A stretch of DNA of 28,555 nucleotides from Paramoeba atlantica. Lineage: Eukaryota > Protista > Discosea. The position numbers and the translations under genes were made by a program. The notes under the pieces were generated by a model. The model was not told the DNA's origin. It saw only the letters and a program-made list of their open reading frames with translations, and ran no database searches. The stretch covers positions 1 to 28,555 of the forward strand of contig CDRNVI010000218.1 of assembly GCA_977017575.1 (NCBI GenBank). Reading direction: 5' to 3'. Below, piece after piece: positions 9,996 to 20,211 of the stretch; within the stretch, counting starts at the first letter, position 1; each line of letters begins with the position of its first letter.

Positions 9996-10045
9996 CCCCT
10001 ACTACATGACCAAGCTACATTGTACAGCACATTGTACAGCACATT

Positions 10046-13000
10046 TTAATTTTCTTTTTTTGTTTGAGCTGGTTTTCTAGTTAGTCCCTAAATCAAAAAA
10101 ACAAAAAGTGAGATTCCATTTCTTTCCCACACAATATTATTATTTTAAAAATGAAAAAAATTGAAACAAAAAAAATGAAAAAAAATCAAACCTTTAATTG
10201 AATGATTAGTTCAACAATGCTTTCATCTTTTGCAACATCAAGTACTGTTTGTCCATTCTAAAAACAAGAAAAGAAAAGAAGTTCAAAAAAAAAAAGCTCA
10301 CTTTTCCAATAACCCCACAAATAAAAAAAATAGCAAAATAAAGAAATAAAGAAGAAAAAAAAAACATCAAAAAAAAAAAGAAAAAAAAACTTTGTTTTGA
10401 ATATTAACATTGGCACCATACCCAATCAAAATCTGTACAATTTCTTCAAAACCATTAGAAGCAGCTATGTGAAGGGGGGTCCAACCATTCTAAAATATTA
10501 AAAAAGAAGTGTTAAAAAAGAGAAAAAAAATAAAACAATTATAAAACCCATTAATTCCCCTCTCTATCACAGCAATATAAAAAAAGAGAATAGATTTTTA
10601 AAAAAGAGAAAGAAAATGAAAACTTTATCTTGATGACATATGTCAGACCCATGTTCAATAAGAATTTTTACAACTTCTTCAAAATCTTTGGAAGCAGCTG
10701 CATGAAGAGGGCTCTGACCAATCTGAACATAAAAAGAAGTTTAAAAAAGAAAAAAACATATATCATACATAATATCAGAGAATAACCAACACAGATTAGA
10801 AACACCAAAAAAAGAAAAAAGAAAAAGAAACAATATCAACAAAAAGAACCTTATTTCCAAGATCAACATTTGGTTTTCCTTTTTCCAATAAAATTTGAAT
10901 AATTTGTTCATGTCCATTATGAGCAGCAATATAAAGAGGAGTTACTCCTTTCTTTTTACATTAAAAAAAAAAAAAATAGAAAAATGAGAAAGTGAAAAAA
11001 AATGAGAAAATGAAAAAGAAAACACAATCAACAAAATAACACCTTAGTTACAAGATCAACATTTGCTCCACCTTTTTCCAATAAAATTTGAACAATTTGT
11101 TCATATCCTTCTTGAGCAGCAATAAAAAGAGGAGTTGCTCCATTCTTTTTACATTAAAAAAAAAAATAGAAAAGTGAAAAAGTGAAAAAAAAAGAAAAAG
11201 AAAAAGAAAAAGAAAAAGAAAACAATCAACAAAATAACCTTATTTGCAAGATCAACATTTGGTTCTCCTTTTTCCAATAAAATTTGAACAATTTGTTCAT
11301 GTCCTTTAAAAGTAGCAACAAAAAGAGGAGTTGCTCCATTCTTTACATTAAAAAAAAAATAGAAAAATGAAAAAGTGAAAAAAAAAAAAAGAAACAATCA
11401 ACAAAAAAGAACTTGGTTTGCAAGATCAACATTTGCTCCACCTTTTTCCAATAAAATTTGAACAATTTGTTCATGTCCTTTTTGAGCAGCAATATAAAGA
11501 GGGGTTACTCCTTTCTTTACATTAAAAAAAAAAAATAGAAAAATGAGAAAGTGAAAAAAATGAGAAAATGAAAAAGAAAAAAAAACACAATCAACAAAAT
11601 AACACCTTAGTTACAAGATCAACATTTGCTCCTCCTTTTTCCAATAAAATTTGAACAATTTGTTCATATCCTTTTTGAGCAGCAATAAAAAGAGGAGTTA
11701 CTCCATTCTTTACATTAAAAAAAAATCGAAAAGTGAAAAGTGAAAAAAAAAGAAAAAGAAAAAGAAAACAATCAACAAAAGAACTTGGTTTGCAAGATCA
11801 ACATTTGCTCCACCTTTTTCCAATAAAATTTGAACAATTTGTTCATGTCCATCCAAAGCAGCAATATAAAGAGGAGTTGCTCCATTCTTTACATTCAAAA
11901 AAATAGAAAAATGAAAAACTAAAAAAAAAAAAAAAGAAAAAGAAAAAGAAACAATCAACAAAATAACCTTACTTGGAAGATCAACATTTGCTCTTCCTTT
12001 TTCCAATAAAATTTGAACAATTTGTTCATGTCCTTCTTGAGTAGCCATAAAAAGAGGAGTTACTCCATCCTTTACATTAAAAAAATAGAAAAATGAGAAA
12101 CTAAAAAAAAAAAAAGAAGAAAAAGAAAAAGAAAAAGAAACAATCAACAAAATAACCTGATCTGCAAGATCAACATTTGCTCCTCCTTTTTCCAATAAAA
12201 TTTGAACAACTTGTTCATGTCCTTCTTGAGCAGCAATAAAAAGAGGAGTTGCCCCATTCTTTTTACATTAAAAAAAAATAGAAAAATGAGAAAGTGAAAA
12301 ATAAGGAAAATGAGAAAAAGAAAAAGAAAAAGAAAAAGAAACAATCAACAAAATAACCTGATCTGCAAGATCAACATTTGGTTTTCCTTTTTCCAATAAA
12401 ATTTGAACAACTTGTTCATGTCCTTCTTGAGCAGCCATAAAAAGAGGAGTTGCTCCATACTTTACATTAAAAAAAAATAGAAAAATGAGAAACTGAAAAA
12501 AAAAGAAAAAGAAAAAGAAACAATCAACAAAATAACCTTACTTGGAAGATCAACATTTGCTCTTCCTTTATCCAATAAAATTTGAACAACTTGTTTATGT
12601 CCATTTTGAGCAGCAATAAAAAGAGGAGTTGCTCCATTCTACATTAAAAAAAAAATAGAAAAATGAGAAACTGAAAAAAAAAAAAAGAAAAAGAAAACAA
12701 TCAACAAAAGAACTTGGTTTGCAAGATCAACATTTGCTCCACCTTTTTCCAATAAAATTTGAACAATTTGTTTATGTCCATTTTGAGCAGCAATGTAAAG
12801 AGGAGTTGCCCTATCCTTGACCAAAAAAAATTGAAAAAATGAAAAACTGAAAATGAAAGAGAAAAAGAAACAATCAACAAATAACCTTGTTTGCAAAATC
12901 AACACTTGGTTTTCCTTTATCCAATAAAATTTCAACAATTTGTTCATATCCATTTTGAGCAGCAAAAAAAAGAGGAGTTCTTCCATACTTTAGTTGCAAA

Positions 13001-14169
13001 AAAAAATCGAAAAATGAGAGAAAGTGAAAAAAAAAAAAAAAAGAAAAAAAAAAAATCAAATTCAAATTATCATCATAATATCATAATATCATAAAAGAGA
13101 AGAAACCATATCTGCAAGATCAACATTTGGTTTTCCTTTTTCCAATAAAATTTGAACAATTTGTTCATATCCTTCTTGAACAGCAAATTGAAGAGGAGTT
13201 GTTTCATGGAACTAAATAAATTTTAAAAGATAAAGTGTTTTGTTCAAAAAAAAAAAAAGAGAAAAAGAACCAAAAATGAATTTCAAAAAAGAAACAAAAA
13301 AGAAACAAAAATTGTTTCTATTGAAATTTTAAAAAAAAATGAAAAAAACTTGTTCAACAGCATTGATATTAGCTCCTTGATGTAATAACAACTCAATCTT
13401 CTTTCCATCTCCTTTGAAAGAACCACAGTGGAGATCTGTTATTCCAAACTGTTTTTGTTTTTTGTTTTTTGTTTTTTGTTTTTTGTTTTTTGTTTTTTGT
13501 TTTTTGTTTGAAAAAAAAAGTTAAAATTGTGCTCCAATTTCCACCCCTCTCTCTCTCTCCCAAAAAAGTTGAAAAACATAATATCCATTTTTTTAAAAAA
13601 AGAAAAGAAAAAAATAAAAAGAACATTGGGGTATTCATGTTTTTCCACCATCTCAAAAAGTATCCCAATTTGAATCCAATTGTGATCCACAAAAGCAATT
13701 TTGAATAATTCCTTTTGTTTTTCAAAAATATAATTAAAAAAGATTAATTTAATATTAAATCAAAATAAAATGTTGTTTCATTGAATCAAGACATAGACAA
13801 AAAGAGAAAGAAGAAGAAAGAAAACAAAGAAATAAACAGTCAGAAAAAAGAAGCAGAAAAAAGAAGCAGAAAAAAATGATTGACACAAACCTCAAATGAT
13901 TTTTCTTTCAATTCTTTTCTCATTTTCTCTTCTTCTTCTTCTTTTCTCTTCTTCTCTTCTTCTTCAATTCTCAATCTCACTGCTTCAAGTTCTTCATTTT
14001 CCACTTTCGGTCTTTTAATCACTCCCTTTCTTTGTTTTTCTCTCCCTTTCTCTTCTTCTTCTTCTTTTCTCTTCCTCTTCCTCTTCCTCTCTTCGTCTCT
14101 TCTCTTCTCAGGACTCTCTCTTTCTCTCACCACCTCCTCTTCCATCATATTTCTCTCATTCGAATTCAT
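10046..14169 (-). CDS. Ankyrin-repeat protein, 20 exons, ~699 aa, ~16.5 ANK repeats, one per exon
   Basis: Exons: 14169-13891, 13711-13625, 13448-13350, 13211-13107, 12987-12886, 12815-12714, 12638-12537, 12459-12358, 12258-12157, 12069-11968, 11886-11785, 11707-11606, 11514-11413, 11340-11239, 11144-11043, 10951-10850, 10722-10624, 10489-10391, 10257-10192, 10087-10046. All introns are GT-AG and phase 0, and the spliced frame is open. Repeat consensus xGxTPLxxAAQxGHEQIVQILLEKGxxNVDLxxx. The terminal exon is the least certain. Confidence 0.88.
10850..12987 (-). repeat. Tandem array of 12 ANK exon+intron cassettes (102-nt exons, ~170-205-bp period)
   Basis: Twelve 102-nt exons. Introns share GTT(A/C)TTTTGTTGATTG at the 5' end and mostly T-run-AATGTAAAG at the 3' end. 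Confidence 0.93.
13451..13510. repeat. (TTTTTTG)n microsatellite in ankyrin intron 2
   Basis: Direct reading of the sequence. Confidence 0.85.
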
Positions 14170-14266
14170 TTTGGAAAAGTAAAACAAAAATAAAACAAAA
14201 ATAAAAAGAGAAAAAAAAGCCACACAAAAAATGAATAAAATATGGTTTGCTAAATAAGGAATAAAT

Positions 14267-14276
14267 CCAAATAAGG
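14267..14276. promoter_or_regulatory. CArG box CCAAATAAGG upstream of the ankyrin gene
   Basis: Exact CC(A/T)6GG match ~100 bp before ATG 14169, with near-match CTAAATAAGG at 14250-14259. Function unproven. Confidence 0.3.
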
Positions 14277-14971
14277 AATGAAGTGATCCGTTTCCGAATT
14301 TTCCAAAAACGACAAAATTTGGTTTTGCTTGATTGGTTGATTCGGTTTTCCGAAAAGAAAGATAGGGAAACAGAGGTTTCTCTCCTCTCTCTCCTCTCTC
14401 TCTCCTCTCACTCTCCTCTCTCTCTCCTCTCTCCTTACTCTCTCCCTCTCCTTTCTCCTCTTGATTGAAAAAAATCCTTCTTCTCTTTCTATCCCTCATT
14501 TTTGAGAAAAATGTGTCAGCAGTGAGATATTATTGAAGAAAGATTTTCTCCTTCTTGTGTGTGGGAAAAATATTGGCTCAGAAAAAACTGTTGGAAAAAA
14601 GGAAAGAGAGAGCTTATCAACCTTAATTTTTTATCATTGAACTGACACACAGAGAGAGAGAGAGAAATAGGGTTGTGGTCTGTTTTTCAACAAAAAAGAA
14701 AGAAATCGTTTAGCGTTGTTGTATGTTGGGGTGGGGGGAGGGAGAGAGGATATGGTTGGTTTGGAACGAGAGTGTGGTGGGGGTTGGGGATGTGTTGTGT
14801 AGAGAGGATGGTGTATGTACTTCGAGAGTCCTCCGTTGTAATCAATGGATTCTTCTTTCATCAGTCCATTGGAGGGGTGAAGAGAGAGAGGGAGAGGGAG
14901 AGGAAGAGAGAGAGAGAGAGAGAGAGGGTGGGAGGGAGGATGGTCTTGTCAGTATGAAAAAAGAAGAAGAA

Positions 14972-16456
14972 TCAATCTTGTTGATGCGAAAATAGGGACG
15001 CTTCTCCTCCTTGTAAATAATTCTGAGTTGGTGCTGGGGGATCATTTTGTTGTTGGTGATGGGAGTGGGGGTGGTGGAGGTGGTGGTGAGATGAGTATTG
15101 GGGGGGGACGTGGTGGTGATGTGGTGGCAGTGGTGGTTCTTTTTCTTGGAGTGGTAACAACAACCCACCACCCCTTGGCCAAGGTTTTAGAGCGTTTTTG
15201 GAGGTGATGGTGGTGGTGGTGGGTGGGTGGTTGAGTGGTTGAAACCGCTTTGTGCTGCTGCTGAAGAGGAGGTTGTTTGGTGAGGGAGTGGAGAGAGGGA
15301 TGGGAGGGAGGGTAATAATGGAAGAAAGAGAGGGGAGATGATGATGATGATGCTTTTGTTGTTGTTGTTCTGATTGTTGATGGGATGGTTTTGGTGGTGG
15401 TAGTCGTGGTGATGAATCAAAAATTGGTCCTCTGCTGCTGCTGATGGATTTAAAAGGAAGAATAATATTGGGGTGATGATTTCCTTCTTTTGAAGGGAGG
15501 ACGGAGGGTAGAGAAGAAGAAATTTGTTGTTGTAGGGGAGGTAAGAGAGGAGTGGCGGCAGTGGTGGTGATTGTGGCGGCAGTGACAGCAGCAGTGGAGG
15601 AAGTAGCACTCCTTTTTTGTTGTTGTTGTTGCTGTGAGGAAACAAAAGAAGAAAAAGAAGAAGAACCAGAAAAATGTTGTTGTTCTTGCATATTGTCATG
15701 TTGATCCACAGAATAATCATCAGAATGACCTTCTCCTATGGATTGTTGTGATTGTTGTTGTTGTGTTGCAACACATTGTTGTTGTTGTTGGAATGAAGTT
15801 GTTGTTGGAATTATTGATGAGGTTCTTGTCACCAACTCGCTCTCACCAATCTGCTGAAATCGAGAGTTTTCAACAACAACAGGGTGAGGAGAAGAAGGAT
15901 AATGATGATGAAAACATTCTTCAGAAGAGATTGGGGTCATCTTTTCGAAGAACCGCTGCTGCTGCTGCCTTTGAAAAATTCTTGGTGGTGTTGGTGATGG
16001 CATTAATATTTCTTGAGGACTCATCATCATCAAGTCCTCTTCCTCTTCCTCTTCTTGATGAATTTGTTGTCTCTTCTTCTGTTGCTGATGATGATGTTGA
16101 GTAGTTGGTGATGTTGGAGGAGAAGGAAGAGGAAGATAATGTTCACAGAAGAAAACTTTTGATGCTTGAGGAGGGGGTTGAGAGTGGCAATAGAGCCTGG
16201 CATAGTCTTCATTCCGCAAGGCTCGAACACGACAAAAATTCTTTATCTTCTTTTCAAAATCTTCTGGAGAACAGGAAGAATACTGATACAATTTTGGGGA
16301 CTTTGAGTTGGAGATTATTGTCAAGGAAACTTGGCACCCACAGAGAATCGAGATTTCCATTGCTTTCTTGATTAGACCACTCTTTCTTTTCGAAAACGTA
16401 TTTTGTTGGAATCGCCTATCTGAAATTTTCTTGATTGGTAGTTTCTTTCTTCCCAT
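14972..16456 (-). CDS. MADS-box transcription factor, MEF2/type II-like, 494 aa
   Basis: N-terminus MGRKKLPIKKISDRRFQQNTFSKRKSGLIKKAMEISILCGCQVSLTII...KLYQYSS, followed by a Q/H/P/S-rich low-complexity region. Single open frame. Confidence 0.92.
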   Translation of the reverse strand: MGRKKLPIKKISDRRFQQNTFSKRKSGLIKKAMEISILCGCQVSLTIISNSKSPKLYQYSSCSPEDFEKKIKNFCRVRALRNEDYARLYCHSQPPPQASKVFFCEHYLPLPSPPTSPTTQHHHQQQKKRQQIHQEEEEEEDLMMMSPQEILMPSPTPPRIFQRQQQQRFFEKMTPISSEECFHHHYPSSPHPVVVENSRFQQIGESELVTRTSSIIPTTTSFQQQQQCVATQQQQSQQSIGEGHSDDYSVDQHDNMQEQQHFSGSSSFSSFVSSQQQQQQKRSATSSTAAVTAATITTTAATPLLPPLQQQISSSLPSVLPSKEGNHHPNIILPFKSISSSRGPIFDSSPRLPPPKPSHQQSEQQQQKHHHHHLPSLSSIITLPPIPLSTPSPNNLLFSSSTKRFQPLNHPPTTTTITSKNALKPWPRGGGLLLPLQEKEPPLPPHHHHVPPQYSSHHHLHHPHSHHQQQNDPPAPTQNYLQGGEASLFSHQQD

Positions 16457-16999
16457 TTTTCTTTTCTCCTCTCAGCTCTCAGCCTTTCTTTCTCAGCCTT
16501 TCTTTCTCTGTCTTTCTTTCTCTCTTTTCTTTCTCTTTTCTTTTGAAGCTTTCTTCTCTTCAGCCTCTCTCTATTTTGTGTGACCGTTTCGGGGCAGATT
16601 CCTTTTGTTCTTCGTGGCCTAAAAAAGAGTATTATTTTTCTGCAAGATTTCTACAACTAAACTCTTTTTGAACACAGAACTTTTTTTTGGCAAAAAAACT
16701 GTTTGGGAACAAAAAGAAACAAAAGAATAATAAGAAAGAATAATGTATTTTTTGTTTTGGTCTTTTTCTCTCCTCTCCTCTCCTCTCCTCTCTTCCTCCC
16801 CCTATTATCTTCTTCCTTTCCCTGTTCTCATTTTTTTTTTTGTTTTGTGATGTGATTTCTTTTTTTCTTCATGTGTGTGTGTTCGTTCCCTTGAAGTGAG
16901 GTAAAGAGAGAAATCAGATTTTTTTTTGAAAGTGATATCTAACAAACACTTTGAATAATAGACACATAAAGCACCCCCCAAGGAGCCCAAAAAAAAATA

Positions 17000-18050
17000 T
17001 TGTTGAAATCAACAAATGAAAAATATGTTCTTCTCTGAACGGCTGGGGTCAGTTTTCTTTTTGTTTTCTTTTCGCCAATTTGTGCGTCCCTCTTTTCCTT
17101 TTTTTTTTCTTTCTTTTGCTTAATTTTTTTTGTTTGTTTTTCTTTCCTTATTTTAGAAAAAAGAAAGGAGAGGGGTTGTGCACTACTGGCTTCCAAAGGG
17201 TTCGCTGTGTTGCGTTTTTCCCCTGAGGAAGGAATAAGGAATCATCCCCTGAGGAAGTGAGGGACTCCCTTAAGAAATCAAACACTGCTATCCAATCTTC
17301 AGGGTTTAGATGTTCCTTCCTCCCAGCATGTCAATCCCCTCCTCTGGTGGTGCGGTTTCCGCGGATATAAATGCTTTCTTCAAAGTGCATTGCCTCGGAG
17401 GTTCTACGAAATGAGTCAGGAGCTCATATGGACACAGAGGTACCACTTTGAAAAGTTTCCATTCACTCAAGTGAAAGTGATCGTATGCTTAGAGGAGGGC
17501 CTGACGCTGCTGGGGTGAGTTGCTTCTCCAGAAGTCTTCAAAAAGACATTTGGTGAGGTTTGGTTTGAACTCAAAGAGCGGGATTGGTAAACTGAAATCC
17601 AGGAGCCAAGAAAGGCTGTCTGATGGGTGTTCCTTCTAAGAGTAACTTAAACCCCCCCCCTTAAACCTTTTGACTTTGGGATGCCAGCAGCTTCTATCTG
17701 GGAGCGGTGGAGTTCTTCATTTGGGTGGAAAATACATTGTTGAAAATCAACGATGAAAAAAATACTCTTCTGCGATCGCCGGGCAGTTTTTTTTTTTCTC
17801 CGTTCTTTTCGTTTTTTTTTTTGGGGGGGGATGAAAGAAATTTTTTTCTTTTCTTATTTTAGAAAAAGAAAGGAGAGGGCTTCACACTGTCCTGCATTCT
17901 GTAGTGAAAGGCCAGAGAAGATTTTTTAGAGAGGGGGTATTATTGAAATCAACAATGAAAAATACTCTTCTGTGAACGGGTCAGTGTTTTTTTTTACCCC
18001 CCCTTGTTCTTTTCGTTCTTTTGGCCAATTTGAGCGTCATTCCTCTTTCT
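17000..18050. repeat. Three degenerate direct copies of a 100-190-bp element starting with a hairpin
   Basis: TTGTTGAAATCAACAA...GAAAAATA(T/C)..TCTTCT at ~17000, ~17737 and ~17940. Copies 1 and 2 also share TTATTTTAGAAAAAGAAAGGAGAGGG (~17146-17175, ~17853-17879). Confidence 0.65.
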
Positions 18051-18108
18051 TTTGGTTAATTTTGTTTTTCATTTTATTTTTCGAATTTTTTTGAATAAAG
18101 ATAAAATT

Positions 18109-18525
18109 TTATTTGAAATCAAATGGTTTTCAAAGAAGGGGAATAACGGTCGAGGATGAAGATGCTGGGAGAAAGATGATACATCACCTAGGAGATCGGA
18201 GAGAGGATAATATTTGTTTAAGGGTCTGTTTCTCCTCAGGGGTGGTGTCTTTGTTCCTTCCTGCATCATTGAAGTCTGCCTCATTTAGTGGCCACTCTCA
18301 ACATATTCCCCTTACATATCATAATTCTTTGTATTGGTGCGCGGGTGACTGAGGGTGTCACCCATGTGTGTCAGAGCGGGGCTTGTTGGGTTGTCGGATC
18401 ACATGCCAAAAGCGTGTGGGGTTTCGTGGCTGGACACAACCCCCGAAACATCGATGCACAGTGCATCACCCAGGTTTTGGCCTCCAATGTCCCACAAAAC
18501 CACACACACAAACTGTTGATTTCAT
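18109..18525 (-). pseudogene. Unassigned Cys/His-rich 139-codon frame with six in-frame TGA
   Basis: ATG 18525 to TAA 18109: MKSTVCVCGFVGHWRPKPG*CTVHRCFGGC... Internal stops at 18466, 18358, 18319, 18298, 18184 and 18130 are all TGA. The frame coincides with a GC-richer island in AT-rich flanks. Confidence 0.4.
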
Positions 18526-18644
18526 TGAATTTTAATTTTATTTTTGATTTGGTTTTCTCCAAGTATTTAGGAAGGGTTTGCTTTTGAGGAATCTTGCTGA
18601 CTTGAAAAAAGAACGGAAATATAAAAATAAAGACAAATTGAAAA

Positions 18645-19778
18645 TTATCCTTCCCATTTTAATATATCAACTTTGTCTTTGTTGTGTTCAACTTTTACAT
18701 GACAACAAAAACTGTGAATACAAAAGGTAACTGGAACAAAAAAGATGACAATCCCAATTCCCACAAACACAAAGAAAACTGGATTGAATGTAAATTCACC
18801 AGGAGGATTCAATGGAAAACATGGAGTTTCTTCATCCATGACACACATCCCAGTCCCTTCTTCAGAGCAACAACAGGGGAGTGGACAATTAATGAAATTG
18901 TTTCTCAGGTCAAAATCAATTGAGCAAAGCCAAGTTTCTGGATCAAGAACCCCACTCAAAGAATTGGATTTCAAATTCCTAATGAAAAAAATCAAAATTA
19001 AACAAAACAACAAAGTTGTTTGAAATAATAATAATAATAAAAAGAACGAACAATTTTTGTAATTTGTAAGGGTCAAATAATTCAGATGGAACTGTTGTTA
19101 TGAGAAAGCAACCTAAAAAAAATCAAATCAATTCAAAAAAAAATCTGAGGAAAAAAAAAAAGGAAGGAATCACAAACAAGTTTTGCATTTTGAAAATTTC
19201 TCCAATTTCTGTTGGAATTTCTCCTTCGAATAAATTAGAAGTTAGATCTCTGCAAAAGAAAAAAAAATTAAAAAGAAGAGAAGGTTTGAGAAAGAAAGAA
19301 GAAGAAAAAAATTATGTTATTCAATAATATTTGAGAAAGAAAATATTCATACAAATTCGATAATCGAGAGATTTCTCCTATTTGGGTTGGAAGAGTTCCA
19401 TTGAATTGATTTCGAGAAAGGGACCTTTGAATAAAGGAAGTCAAAAAAAAAACATACAATAATAAAAATTATTATTATTTATTATTTATTTATTATTATT
19501 TAATATTTATTTCTTATTTATTATTTATTATTTATTATTTATTTATTTATTTATTTATTATTATTATTATTTATTTTAAAAAGAAAAAACATCATACACG
19601 ACAGTCAAATAAGAGAGTCTTCCAATTTCAGTTGGAATTTCTCCCTCTAACAAGTTGAAATTGAGATAACTAAAAAAATTCAAAAAAAAAAATCAATCAG
19701 TTTCAACAAAATAAAAAGAAAAAGAAACAGGTAATTTAAAGAAGAAGGATAGCCAATTTCAGTTGGAATTGTCCCAAT
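18645..19778 (-). pseudogene. LRR receptor-like transmembrane protein (plant-type 24-aa LRR), 5'-truncated and frameshifted
   Basis: 72-nt phase-2 exons 19669-19598, 19424-19353 and 19249-19178 (LxLxxNxxxGxIPTEIG). Exon 19112-19052 is 61 nt (11-nt loss, frameshift). Exon remnant 19778-19729 lacks an acceptor AG. Last exon 18978-18645 has an LRR, a Cys-rich cap, TM helix VFFVFVGIGIVIFFVPVTFCI and a short tail. No start or signal peptide found. Confidence 0.75.
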
Positions 19779-20211
19779 CAAGAAAAAAAAGAAAATAAAT
19801 AAAATAAATAAAATAAAATGAAAAAAATTGAAAAAAAAAAAATAAAAAATGAAAATTAAACTCAATTTCAATATTTTTCATTCTTCATCAATTAAAAAAA
19901 AAAAGAAAAGAAAGAAAAGAAAGAAAAGAGAAATTAAACATTTTAGTGATTTAATTTGACAAAAAAATAAAATAAAATAAAATAAAAAAAAAAGAAAAAT
20001 AAAATAAAATAAAAAAACAAAAAATTTTTAAAAAAATTCTTTTGAAAAAGAGAAAAATAAAAAGACTACAAACACTTTTTTGTCCCTGCAAACACCCTGC
20101 ATTTTGGGGTTCCCATGGGGCTTATTTAGCACAAAAATGGGTCAAAACCAAATTAGTTAACCACCAAATATCAGGAAACAACCAAATATCTAACACAAAA
20201 AGAATTATTCT

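Noticed and set aside
10017-10045. 12-bp tandem repeat ACATTGTACAGC x2.4
   Set aside because: Not positioned as a TSD for the adjacent LINE fragment; likely local slippage.
10850-12987. CRISPR-like repeat-spacer array
   Set aside because: The conserved units are ankyrin exons with splice sites, the spacers are homologous introns, and the context is eukaryotic.
13424-13430. RSS heptamer CACAGTG linking the RAG-like relic to the cassettes
   Set aside because: Inside an exon, with no nonamer at 12/23 spacing and no RSS-like signals at cassette borders. There is no evidence that the relic acts on these arrays.
14170-14499. N-terminal half of the 219-aa ORF 13840-14499
   Set aside because: GA-repeat and T-rich promoter sequence; the coding part is taken from ATG 14169 to the donor at 13890.
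18477-18494. WDIGGQ small-GTPase G3 motif
   Set aside because: No P-loop or G4 in frame and the following residues do not fit; it overlaps the alternative Cys-rich frame.
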